Notes: generated from the letters alone by a model not told the origin. DNA of 64,000 nucleotides from Candidatus Avelusimicrobium cornigerorum (GCA_002309715.1 DBXW01000005.1:321613-385612), one strand, 5' to 3'. Positions 10,681-19,095 are shown, numbered from the stretch's first letter. Numbers and translations are program-made.

Positions 10681-10709
10681 AGTATAGGTGTTTTTTGGGA
10701 AAAAATCAA
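10681..10709 (-). promoter_or_regulatory. Sigma70-like promoter facing the structured RNA
   Basis: Minus strand TTGATT (10709-10704), 17 bp, TATACT (10686-10681). Confidence 0.7.
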
Positions 10710-10723
10710 GGGGTAATTTGAAT

Positions 10724-10891
10724 ATGAAAAAATTATTGGAACTGATGTTAAAACAAAATATACTCCGTGCACCGGAAGGTGCTGACGGAGCAGATGGCGG
10801 TGCGGACGGGAAAACGCCCGATTTGGCCGCCCAGGTAGCCGAATTAAAGAACCTACCGTTTGGGCTATTTGTTGCCAAGTGTAGTGTCTGA
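10724..10891 (+). pseudogene. Truncated phage scaffolding-protein-like N-terminus
   Basis: MKKLLELMLKQNILRAPEGADGADGG looks like a scaffold N-terminus, sits right after MuF, and loses similarity after about 40 aa. Confidence 0.4.
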
Positions 10892-10963
10892 TATTTTGTC
10901 ATATCAAAACCTGGCTAATTTTATGCTGTGCGAACTTATGAATCTCGTTGCGAGAAATACGTT

Positions 10964-10997
10964 GCGACACTATGTTGTCGCGCGGGTTTGTTATCCT
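10964..10997 (+). promoter_or_regulatory. WYL-activator box and promoter, site 1
   Basis: GCGACA-CTATGT-TGTCGC, then GCGGGTTTGT, then TATCCT. Confidence 0.8.
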
Positions 10998-11031
10998 ATA
11001 GGTGTAGTAAAAACTAGATAGGAGAACAACT

Positions 11032-11145
11032 ATGGCTGAACAAAAATACGAATGTAGCAAATGCCGTCAGATGTTTACGTTTACTTTTCCACCTGCCGGG
11101 ATGAAATGCCCGTCTTGCGGTGGGCCACTCTATCGTAGAGGGTAA
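11032..11145 (+). CDS. 37-aa zinc-ribbon microprotein (not in the ORF track)
   Basis: MAEQKYECSKCRQMFTFTFPPAGMKCPSCGGPLYRRG; two CxxC pairs; GGAG RBS. Confidence 0.7.
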   Translation: MAEQKYECSKCRQMFTFTFPPAGMKCPSCGGPLYRRG

Positions 11146-11152
11146 AGTAGAT

Positions 11153-11178
11153 GCCCCGGTCATCACGGGGACCGGGGC
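11153..11178. other. GC-rich hairpin without U-tract
   Basis: GCCCCGGTC-ATCACGGG-GACCGGGGC, 9-bp stem. Confidence 0.6.
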
Positions 11179-11221
11179 TACAAATCGTTAATATGTGGTA
11201 TCATAGGTTTAAGAGGTGCTT

Positions 11222-12688
11222 ATGAATTTATCCAAATCACAATACACAAAATACCGCAGTTGCCCTAAACGCTTGTGGCTGTCCCGCAATAAAAAGGAGG
11301 TGCTAACTCCGCCAAGTCCCGCTTTGCAGAAAATCTTTGATAGAGGACACCAAATCGGCGAACTGGCTTGGAAACGCTTTCCGGGTGGGGTGCTGGTCAA
11401 AGACGGCTACCAAAATCCGCAAGAGGCCATTAAACGCACGCAGGAACTCATGGCGCAAGGTGTTCCGGCTATCTACGAGGCCGCTTTTGCCTATAACGGT
11501 ATTTTGGTATTTGTGGATATTTTGGAAAAAACGCCAACCGGATGGAATTTAGTGGAAGTAAAAAGTAGCGGACGCAAAATTGATCCCATTTATGTGGACG
11601 ACATCTCTATCCAGCGCTATGTGCTTACGCATTGTGGGGTTACGCCGGAGAATTGTTATTTAATGCATATCAATAGCGACTATTTTATGGAAACGGACGA
11701 GCCGGATATAAAACAACTTTTCCTTTTAACACCTATGGATAGCGAACTATTTTCAGATGAGAATATTGAGGAAAATTTAGACGCTATTAAGAAATTACTA
11801 GCGGGCCCTGAGCCGACCGCCGAACTGGATAAAAGTGGGTGTGCGGATTGTGAGTGCCACGACTATTGTTGGAAAGATATTCCGCAAGATTCCGTGTTTG
11901 CCTTGTTACGCGGCAACCGGGCGCGGGAATTTATGGCGCAGGGAATTGTGCGTGTAGCGGATTTGCCGCCGAATAGTTTTGATAATGAAAAATGTAACCG
12001 TTGGGTAGAGGTGTTACGCACCGGGAAACCCTATATTGACCATGCGGCGGTGGCGGCGTGGCTTAATAAACTGGAGTACCCGCTTTATTATTTGGATTTT
12101 GAGACGACGCAACCCGTTGTCCCTTTGTGGAAATACTCGCGGCCCTATCAGCAAATCCCGTTCCAATTCTCGCTCCACGTGCAACGCGAGCCGAACGGTA
12201 AATTTGAGCATTATGAGTATCTTTCTATTGGTAAAGAAGATCCGCGCTATGGTTGCGTGGAGGCCTTGCTTAAATATATCGGCAATAGTGGCACTATATT
12301 GGCTCACTTTATGACTTTTGAGAAGGGGCGTATTAGCGAAATGGCGCACGACTTGCCCATCCCCGAAAAGGATGCTAAACGGCTTTTGGACATGACGGAA
12401 CGCTTTATGGACACCGGCACTCCTTTTAAACAGGATTATTTACACCCCAAAATGCATTGTAGTTGGTCTATCAAAAAGGTTTTGCCCGCCCTTGTGCCGG
12501 ATATGACTTACGAAGGCATGGCAGTTGCCAACGGTGGGGATGCCATGGATGCCTTTGACGTGTTATACGCGCAGAAACTGCCACCTGCCGAGTTAGAGCA
12601 ACTACGCAAAGATTTGCTTAAATATTGCGAGCAAGACACATGGGCCATGGTCAAAATCGTGGATGTGTTACGGGATAGTGTCGCATAA
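11222..12688 (+). CDS. DUF2779 protein (PD-(D/E)XK-like N-terminus, RNase H-like C-terminus)
   Basis: LSKSQY..YRSCPKRLWL, VDIL..LVEVKSS, YLDFET, QQIPFQFSLH, YCEQDT. Confidence 0.85.
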   Translation: MNLSKSQYTKYRSCPKRLWLSRNKKEVLTPPSPALQKIFDRGHQIGELAWKRFPGGVLVKDGYQNPQEAIKRTQELMAQGVPAIYEAAFAYNGILVFVDILEKTPTGWNLVEVKSSGRKIDPIYVDDISIQRYVLTHCGVTPENCYLMHINSDYFMETDEPDIKQLFLLTPMDSELFSDENIEENLDAIKKLLAGPEPTAELDKSGCADCECHDYCWKDIPQDSVFALLRGNRAREFMAQGIVRVADLPPNSFDNEKCNRWVEVLRTGKPYIDHAAVAAWLNKLEYPLYYLDFETTQPVVPLWKYSRPYQQIPFQFSLHVQREPNGKFEHYEYLSIGKEDPRYGCVEALLKYIGNSGTILAHFMTFEKGRISEMAHDLPIPEKDAKRLLDMTERFMDTGTPFKQDYLHPKMHCSWSIKKVLPALVPDMTYEGMAVANGGDAMDAFDVLYAQKLPPAELEQLRKDLLKYCEQDTWAMVKIVDVLRDSVA

Positions 12689-12708
12689 TTAGGAAATCTT
12701 AAGAAAAT

Positions 12709-12743
12709 AATACCGGGTGACAAGGAAATTGCCACCCGGTATT
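12709..12743. terminator. Probable bidirectional terminator
   Basis: AATACCGGGTGACAA / TTGCCACCCGGTATT inverted repeat between convergent genes. Confidence 0.7.
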
Positions 12744-12767
12744 ATTCCATAGCTAATTTGCTTTGAA

Positions 12768-13784
12768 TTATTTTTTTTCTTTCTGCGAATATACTTCCGA
12801 TAGAGCTACTAATAATTCTTTCTTTTGCGTAAATTTACTCTCATTTTCTGAAATTTTTTTTCTCTTTGCATCGCTCGAAAGGAGATAATGTGCCAATCTA
12901 TGACAAGTGGGGCATAGCGTGACTAAATCGTCAACAGAAGTAATAATCAGCTCATCAGTAGTATATAATGGAGTTAAATGATGGGCTTCTGTAATTTTAT
13001 TTTGATATTGAAAGGCGCATTTGGGATTTTGGCACGTATACTTATCTATTTCTTTGCGTCGTGTAACAATTTTACTATTGCGTTTACGTGAGAGGATTCT
13101 AATTTCTTTACGTTCATTTTCTTCTCTCTTGAGTATTTCCCTTTGTTGTTCTCTTGAAATTTTTTTTCGTTCTTCTTCTGAAAAATTACTTCGATATTTG
13201 CTCCAAATTTCTTCACTTATTTTTAAGCATTCTTTGAAATTTTTGATATTCTTCTTTTTGAAAATAAATCTTTGAATTGCCGCATAGGATTTAATGTTTT
13301 CTGAAACATACTCATTTAAGGCTTCTTTTTTAAATACTGCGAGAATGGTGGTTTTTTTTATGTTTTGATAATGGAATGCAATTTTCCATTTGTACGATGC
13401 CCCTAGATCGATTTTATCAATTTTTTCTAATTCATTGTTTTGTGCAAATAGAATAATATTAATAATGTTTTGTTTTACCGTAGCAAAGGCAGATTCTGGA
13501 GAATTTCCATATTTGCTATACCAAGCATACTTGTCAGTATAGGTATATCCTTGTTTTTTATGTTCAGTTCCTATTTTTTGAGGATCTCGTTCATATACTC
13601 CAAATTTGAAAGAACTTCCACCCCAAATACTTCCCAATAATTCTAATCTTTTTTCAATCCAATAGGTGAATGAATTTTTATTACCAACGCATGTATATTG
13701 TTGAAGTGTCATGCTTTTTATTTTTTCTATAGGCCATTGTTTTTGAAATTCTAAAAATAATTCTTTTAGTGATTCTTCTTGCAT
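12768..13784 (-). CDS. HNH endonuclease with an McrB-N-like domain; putative modification-dependent restriction nuclease
   Basis: CQNPKC..EAHH..LVTLCPTCH HNH core; N-terminal WPIEKIKSMTL..SFTYWIE..GSIWGGSSFKFG; AT-rich. Confidence 0.7.
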   Translation of the reverse strand: MQEESLKELFLEFQKQWPIEKIKSMTLQQYTCVGNKNSFTYWIEKRLELLGSIWGGSSFKFGVYERDPQKIGTEHKKQGYTYTDKYAWYSKYGNSPESAFATVKQNIINIILFAQNNELEKIDKIDLGASYKWKIAFHYQNIKKTTILAVFKKEALNEYVSENIKSYAAIQRFIFKKKNIKNFKECLKISEEIWSKYRSNFSEEERKKISREQQREILKREENERKEIRILSRKRNSKIVTRRKEIDKYTCQNPKCAFQYQNKITEAHHLTPLYTTDELIITSVDDLVTLCPTCHRLAHYLLSSDAKRKKISENESKFTQKKELLVALSEVYSQKEKK

Positions 13785-13854
13785 ATCTTTCTCCTTTTAA
13801 TTTCTAATCTATTTTAATTATGTTATATTTGTTTGAATTGGGTGTGTCAACGTG

Positions 13855-14052
13855 TTATTTCCTCATACAGAACATGCTGTGGCTTGTCGATTCTACAAAG
13901 CATTCGATGTCGCCCAAATCGTAGCGGGCAATATTCGCTCCGGCGTATTGGGTAATCGTTTTAACTTGTTCCATTTTGATTTGGATTTGTGCCGCACCAT
14001 ATCCTACTCCGGCGGCCACAAGTAAGGCCAAAATTAAATAAATTTTCTTCAT
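13855..14052 (-). CDS. Small secreted/membrane protein
   Basis: MKKIYLILALLVAAG signal peptide; start overlaps the WYL stop (ATGA). Confidence 0.65.
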   Translation of the reverse strand: MKKIYLILALLVAAGVGYGAAQIQIKMEQVKTITQYAGANIARYDLGDIECFVESTSHSMFCMRK

Positions 14053-14969
14053 TTTACACTCCTTAAATAATCGTTTAAAACATCTTTTACACGTTTATGC
14101 ATAGACGTGGGAGAAATTACCTTAATATGCGGTAGCCAATGCAAAATGGTGGGGAGTATTTCTTCCTCTTTGGCGGCTTTGCACGAGAGGATTATGCGCC
14201 CGTCTTTGAGTTCCTTTTCTAGCTTTTGCAACGGAAAATAGTTTTTTTGTTTAAAGAAATGCGCGCACTCGGCCGATACTTCTAACTGCACCGATAAGGG
14301 GCGTTCCTTTTCAAACCATACATTCGTACTTTCTCGCAGGATTTTATCTATATTTTTATCGTATTTGAATGGTTTATTTGTGGCTTTGGCTGATGTAATT
14401 TTTTCCAAACGGAATTTAAGGAGTTTGTCATCAGTGGTAAGAGCCAAAAGATACCAAAAACCTTCCACCCACATTAACTTAAGCGGACGCATTAAATAGT
14501 CGGCCATTTTACCGCCCTTGTAGCATATTGTTACCCACTCACGCTCACGTACACATTCTTCCAAAGTGCGCGTAATAGGCGTATCTTTATACATTTCTCC
14601 GCTGTTCATTTTGATAAAGAAAGGGTTATCTTGCGGAGCGGCCAATAAGCGGTTTTTAAGCATGGCAAATGAATGACCGAAATTACCACCTAACGAGGAC
14701 GCCATATCACTCATAAGTACCAAAATAGATGCCTCGGCACTAGACAACTTCATTCGTTCTAACGAAAACCCTTCTTCAAATGCGTATACACCGGGATCAG
14801 GGTTCCACAGCGGGAAGTTGGCTTCTTGTATATCATTCATATCCCGCTGAATAGTGCGTACCGCTACACCAACTTCTGCCGCCATGTCTTTTAGGCGGAT
14901 GGCCCCCTTATCCAGGGCGTTAAGTTCATACAAAAGGCGAGTCAGTTTGTTGTGCATTTCTTTTTGCAT
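14049..14969 (-). CDS. wHTH-WYL-WCX transcriptional regulator (YafY/PafBC/DriD-like)
   Basis: GVAVRTIQRDM HTH; PLKL..GFWYLLA..KFRLEKI WYL domain; C-terminal WCX. Confidence 0.92.
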   Translation of the reverse strand: MQKEMHNKLTRLLYELNALDKGAIRLKDMAAEVGVAVRTIQRDMNDIQEANFPLWNPDPGVYAFEEGFSLERMKLSSAEASILVLMSDMASSLGGNFGHSFAMLKNRLLAAPQDNPFFIKMNSGEMYKDTPITRTLEECVREREWVTICYKGGKMADYLMRPLKLMWVEGFWYLLALTTDDKLLKFRLEKITSAKATNKPFKYDKNIDKILRESTNVWFEKERPLSVQLEVSAECAHFFKQKNYFPLQKLEKELKDGRIILSCKAAKEEEILPTILHWLPHIKVISPTSMHKRVKDVLNDYLRSVK

Positions 14970-14977
14970 AGTTACCT

Positions 14978-15091
14978 CTATTTATCCTTTAAACCTTCTA
15001 AAACGTCTTTATATTCAATAATGACTCTTTTAGCTATTTTTATCGTATTACTGGTTTTTTCTTTATCTTTTTTAGAATTGCTGTTAGTCAT
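14978..15091 (-). CDS. 37-aa peptide resembling a Phd-like antitoxin C-terminal helix (not in the ORF track)
   Basis: MTNSNSKKDKEKTSNTIKIAKRVIIEYKDVLEGLKDK; GAGG RBS; its stop overlaps the WYL RBS. Confidence 0.55.
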   Translation of the reverse strand: MTNSNSKKDKEKTSNTIKIAKRVIIEYKDVLEGLKDK

Positions 15092-15112
15092 ATTATCTAT
15101 CCTCTTACAAAA

Positions 15113-15162
15113 AGTATAGCACATAGCAGCGACAAGGTGTTGTCGCAACAGTTTGTTATTCT
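15113..15162. promoter_or_regulatory. WYL box site 2, a symmetric bidirectional promoter
   Basis: GCGACA-AGGTGT-TGTCGC (15129-46); TATTCT 10 bp to the right and minus-strand TATACT 10 bp to the left, both preceded by TGn. Confidence 0.82.
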
Positions 15163-15195
15163 AATCCTATGACGAATAAGGAAATGGAGTGCATT

Positions 15196-15636
15196 ATGCA
15201 GTTTAGTTTGTTTAAGTATTTTGACGCTATCTTGGACGGTGCAGAGCAAAACGGTCTGGCGGCGCTGGAACAACCGGAGGTAAAGAAAGCGCTTGCGGAA
15301 CTAGACAGTTTTTTGCCGCCTTTGTCCGACGTAGCCAAACTGGTGTTTAGTTATTACTATGTGTACCAGTTAAAGCCCCAGCCGTTGTTCATTTCGCAAC
15401 TTGAAAAGGACCTCAATGCGCCAACGCTATATTTGGAACACGAGAAAGTATGGCAAGAACTGGTGGATTTGGATTTATTGGTGCGGGTAATGGGGAGTGA
15501 ATATCTCATGCCGCGTAGCGTAATAGATGCGGTAGCGGTCATTGATTTGGAGTATTATTGGCCCAACGACCGCGTGATTATTGCGCCCGAGCATAAGAAA
15601 GAAGTATTTTGGCGGTGGATACATGGCCAAAAATGA
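15196..15636 (+). CDS. Hypothetical protein
   Basis: GGAG RBS before ATG 15196; first gene after WYL site 2. Confidence 0.7.
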   Translation: MQFSLFKYFDAILDGAEQNGLAALEQPEVKKALAELDSFLPPLSDVAKLVFSYYYVYQLKPQPLFISQLEKDLNAPTLYLEHEKVWQELVDLDLLVRVMGSEYLMPRSVIDAVAVIDLEYYWPNDRVIIAPEHKKEVFWRWIHGQK

Positions 15637-16504
15637 AATAATTTACGTGGCTAAACCCACTCGGTACACGGAGCAGACATACCCCGGACACACGAAATTT
15701 TATGAGCATTTTGTGTCGCAGTTGAGAGAATATCACGAAGTGCGCGCGCTGGAACTACCCGATATATGGGTGCGAGATTTTCTACCTGTGCAAAATGTGC
15801 AAACCGGAGAGCTATACCAACTCTTTTTTGACCCGCGCTATGCCAATTATACGCCTAAATTTACGGCGGCTATCCGCGAACAGGTACGGGGTGCTTTCCC
15901 GCGTGTTAAACCGTGTAATGTGCGTATAGACGGGGGAAATATCGTGCTGTCCCCTGGCAAAAAACGGGCATTTTGCTTGGAAAAACAAACGATTTTCCAT
16001 AAATCAAACCCCGGGCAAAAGGAACACGCGGAGCAAGAATTAAAGCGTGCGCTCGGTGTGCAGGAAATTTTATGGCTACCACAGCAAAAAGGCGACAAAA
16101 TCGGCCATATAGACGGGTATATCCAGTTTTTGGGAGATAATCTCATGGAAGGTGCGACAAACATTTTTGACGGAGATATTGCCCTTGAAACGTTGCTTGA
16201 TGATAAATCTAGCAATTTGTTAGCTAGTTTTCATCATTTTAAGACGGTGCCTTTGTTATGCCGGATAGACGAAAATAATTGGCTAAGTGCTAAAGGCCTT
16301 TACGTGAACTTTTTGGAAACGTCCCGCGCCGTTTTTGTGCCACAATTTAATTTGCCCGAAGATGACAAAATTGTTACTATAATGAAAAAGCACATCCATA
16401 AGCCGCTTGTGCGCGTGGATTGTGAACAAATATCGCAGTACGGCGGTGCGGTGCATTGTTTAACGAGGGAATATGAAAGATCAACAGTTGAAAAATATTT
16501 TTGA
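15623..16504 (+). CDS. Agmatine/peptidyl-arginine deiminase family protein
   Basis: WVRD, DGGN, GHIDG and GGAVHC catalytic motifs. Confidence 0.88.
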   Translation: MAKNEIIYVAKPTRYTEQTYPGHTKFYEHFVSQLREYHEVRALELPDIWVRDFLPVQNVQTGELYQLFFDPRYANYTPKFTAAIREQVRGAFPRVKPCNVRIDGGNIVLSPGKKRAFCLEKQTIFHKSNPGQKEHAEQELKRALGVQEILWLPQQKGDKIGHIDGYIQFLGDNLMEGATNIFDGDIALETLLDDKSSNLLASFHHFKTVPLLCRIDENNWLSAKGLYVNFLETSRAVFVPQFNLPEDDKIVTIMKKHIHKPLVRVDCEQISQYGGAVHCLTREYERSTVEKYF

Positions 16505-16952
16505 AGATGCCTTAAGACATGAATTAAGGCCGGCAGTCCAAAAGAAATTGGCGCAGTTGTATCCTGATATTAAATATGAATATTTTGAAAAGGAAGTACG
16601 ACGAATCGGTAAATTACGCAACAAAAAAAAAGGATTTAAGGATTTTGTGAGTTGGTATCTAGAACGTTGGGAAGCTGATGGAAGTGCTGTTTGCAAATAC
16701 TGCGGCATTAGTGAAAAAGAATGTGCGGAAATTTTACAACCGCTTACCAAACGGGCTAAAACGCGCAGCCAGCATTTAGAGATAGAACAGAAGAGCGCTA
16801 ATGATGGTTATAGTGAGAATAACTGTATTTTAGCATGTTATGTTTGTAACAATGCCAAAAGTGATTTTATGAGCGAGGATGAGTTTAAAAAACTTATTCC
16901 GGGTATCCAAGCGTTTTGGAAAAGTCAACGGGAAAAGAAAAAGCAAAATTAG
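16473..16952 (+). CDS. Small HNH-like zinc-binding endonuclease
   Basis: CKYCG..LEIEQK..GYSENNCILACYVCNNAKSD. Confidence 0.75.
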   Translation: MKDQQLKNIFEDALRHELRPAVQKKLAQLYPDIKYEYFEKEVRRIGKLRNKKKGFKDFVSWYLERWEADGSAVCKYCGISEKECAEILQPLTKRAKTRSQHLEIEQKSANDGYSENNCILACYVCNNAKSDFMSEDEFKKLIPGIQAFWKSQREKKKQN

Positions 16953-16976
16953 TTTTTTTAAGTAGTTTTTTATTTC

Positions 16977-17008
16977 AAAAGACCTAGGTTTTGGCCTAGG
17001 TCTTTTTT
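16977..17008 (+). terminator. Intrinsic terminator
   Basis: AAAAGACCTAGG / CCTAGGTCTTTT followed by a T-run. Confidence 0.75.
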
Positions 17009-17018
17009 GTGACTTTTG

Positions 17019-17054
17019 TTGCGACATAGTGCTGTCGCAAGGGTTTGTTATCCT
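17019..17054 (+). promoter_or_regulatory. WYL box site 3
   Basis: TTGCGACA-TAGTGC-TGTCGCAA; TATCCT 10 bp after TGTCGC. Confidence 0.82.
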
Positions 17055-17087
17055 ATAAGTAATCTAACGAAAAAGGAGAACAAAATT

Positions 17088-19082
17088 ATGGAATACACTT
17101 ACGAACAATACGAGGCATTTTACTACCTACACAAGCTGTTGCCCTATCTGCAAAGTTTCGGCGATTTTGAAGATAATTTTTCTTGGTTTAGCCGGGCCTG
17201 TGGCCGTAAGCCTCTTATAGCATTTCGGCCCCTGAAAAAAGACACTCGGGAAGATCATATTAAATTTAATAAGAAGATCATTGAATTTTTGGATAAACAC
17301 GCACCTTGCTATTTGGAACAACCGCTATCCGTTCCCCGGAAAAATGTACGGGAATTGAGTAAACTGTTTGGCCTTTCCTCTCCCGAAGAAAATTTGGTAG
17401 CTTTTTTTACCCTTGCGCGTAGGAACCGTTTATTCAACAAAACGCTGCAGCGTTTTCAGCATGATTATTGCGAGAATAGGGAAGTGCTGGAATTAATAGC
17501 CGAAAAGACAGGGAATAATATCGGTTTTTTATTGAAATCCACTGCTCCGCTTATGAAATTGGGTATTTTACAGCGTCGGGGATATTCTGCGGACTATGCT
17601 GCCAGCCCGTGGCTGGAAGAATTTGTGAATAATCCGCATAAGGATTACGATGCCGTTTGTACGAGCATTTTGGGGAGCCCGACGACGTGCCAGGTTGCTC
17701 TTACTTCAAAAGACTTTAAATATGTGGAAGCGGCCGATTTGGCTTTGCGGCTTATGAAGCAAGCCAAACATACCAAAGGGTTTAATATTCTTTTATATGG
17801 TGTTCCCGGCACGGGAAAGACAAGTTTTGCCAAATATCTGGCTCAAGCGGCTAAACTCCGTTTGTACCCGGTAGGAGTATGTAATGAGGGGGAAGAAGAA
17901 AAAAATTATCGTTTGCAACAATTTTACCGCAAACAATATTTGTTGGAAAAAATAGATAATACGTGTATTCTTTTTGACGAGGGGGAAGATATGTTCTCTA
18001 GTTTGGAAACTCGTACCAATAAAATAGAAATCAATAATCTGTTGGAAAATAATGAAGTCCCTGTTATTTGGACGACCAATAAAATTCATCACATGGATCC
18101 GGCCTATATCCGGCGTTTTACGCTCGCGGTATGTTTTAACAAGCCTCCAATAGAAGTGCGCCAAAAAATTTGGAATAAGTACCTAACGGAAAATAAAATT
18201 ACATGCGGCAAGGAAGATACATTAAAACTTGCCAAAAAGTACGAAGTACCGCCATCCATGATTGCAGGGGCGGCGCAGGCGGCCCGTATGGCTAAAGGGG
18301 ATTTGAATACAGTTAAAGACCACCTGTCTTTTATGACGCAAGCTCTTAACGGCGGCTACAAAAAGCCGGAAGAAAACAAAAAAGAACATGAATTTTGCCC
18401 GGCGCTTATTCATGCGGATATAGATTTAAACGCATTGACTTCTCAATTAAAATGTTTGGGCCGTCTTAATTTCTCGCTTTGTTTGTATGGGGCTAGCGGG
18501 ACGGGTAAATCGGCTTACGCTCGGTATTTGGCCGATCAGTTAGGGTTAGATGTTTTGCACCGCAGAGCGTCGGATTTATTGTCTATGTGGGTTGGCGGAA
18601 CCGAGAAAAATATTGCCGAGGCATTCTCTGAGGCTAAGGAAGCCAAAGCTATGCTGATTTTTGATGAAGCCGATAGTTTCTTGCGTGATCGTTCTACGGC
18701 ATCACACTCATGGGAAGTGTCCGGCGTGAACGAAATGCTGACATGGATGGAGAGCCACCCCTATCCGTTTGTCTGTACGACCAATTTAATGGATACATTG
18801 GATCCGGCCAGTTTACGTCGGTTTAGTTTTAAGGTCAAATATGACTTTTTGACAAGAGAGCAGGTACAAGAAGCGTTTTCCTACTTTTTCGGCTTACATA
18901 TAACGCCTCGGCAAGTGGCGGGGTTAGATAAACTGACGCCCGGCGATTTTGCCCTTGTAAAGAACAAAGCCGAAATTTTGGGGAAAACTTCACAGTTTGA
19001 TGCCATCAGAGAAATGTTGGAAACCGAGCAAAAACTTAAACACAATTCCTATGGTAGCGGCATCGGTTTCCGCGTAAATTAA
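17088..19082 (+). CDS. AAA+ ATPase with two AAA modules
   Basis: GVPGTGKT/LFDE and GASGTGKS/LIFDEAD; DPAYIRRF and DPASLRRF Arg fingers. Confidence 0.9.
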   Translation: MEYTYEQYEAFYYLHKLLPYLQSFGDFEDNFSWFSRACGRKPLIAFRPLKKDTREDHIKFNKKIIEFLDKHAPCYLEQPLSVPRKNVRELSKLFGLSSPEENLVAFFTLARRNRLFNKTLQRFQHDYCENREVLELIAEKTGNNIGFLLKSTAPLMKLGILQRRGYSADYAASPWLEEFVNNPHKDYDAVCTSILGSPTTCQVALTSKDFKYVEAADLALRLMKQAKHTKGFNILLYGVPGTGKTSFAKYLAQAAKLRLYPVGVCNEGEEEKNYRLQQFYRKQYLLEKIDNTCILFDEGEDMFSSLETRTNKIEINNLLENNEVPVIWTTNKIHHMDPAYIRRFTLAVCFNKPPIEVRQKIWNKYLTENKITCGKEDTLKLAKKYEVPPSMIAGAAQAARMAKGDLNTVKDHLSFMTQALNGGYKKPEENKKEHEFCPALIHADIDLNALTSQLKCLGRLNFSLCLYGASGTGKSAYARYLADQLGLDVLHRRASDLLSMWVGGTEKNIAEAFSEAKEAKAMLIFDEADSFLRDRSTASHSWEVSGVNEMLTWMESHPYPFVCTTNLMDTLDPASLRRFSFKVKYDFLTREQVQEAFSYFFGLHITPRQVAGLDKLTPGDFALVKNKAEILGKTSQFDAIREMLETEQKLKHNSYGSGIGFRVN

Positions 19083-19095
19083 AGGAGAAAGAATT

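Noticed and set aside
14049-14969. WYL protein as the BrxR regulator of BREX
   Set aside because: I found no GCGACA-N6-TGTCGC box upstream of brxA (29150-29255), and the gene lies outside the repeat-bounded island.
16977-17008. Third copy of the AAAGACCTA palindrome
   Set aside because: The spacer differs (10 bp), the stem is longer and a T-run follows a gene end; better explained as a terminator.
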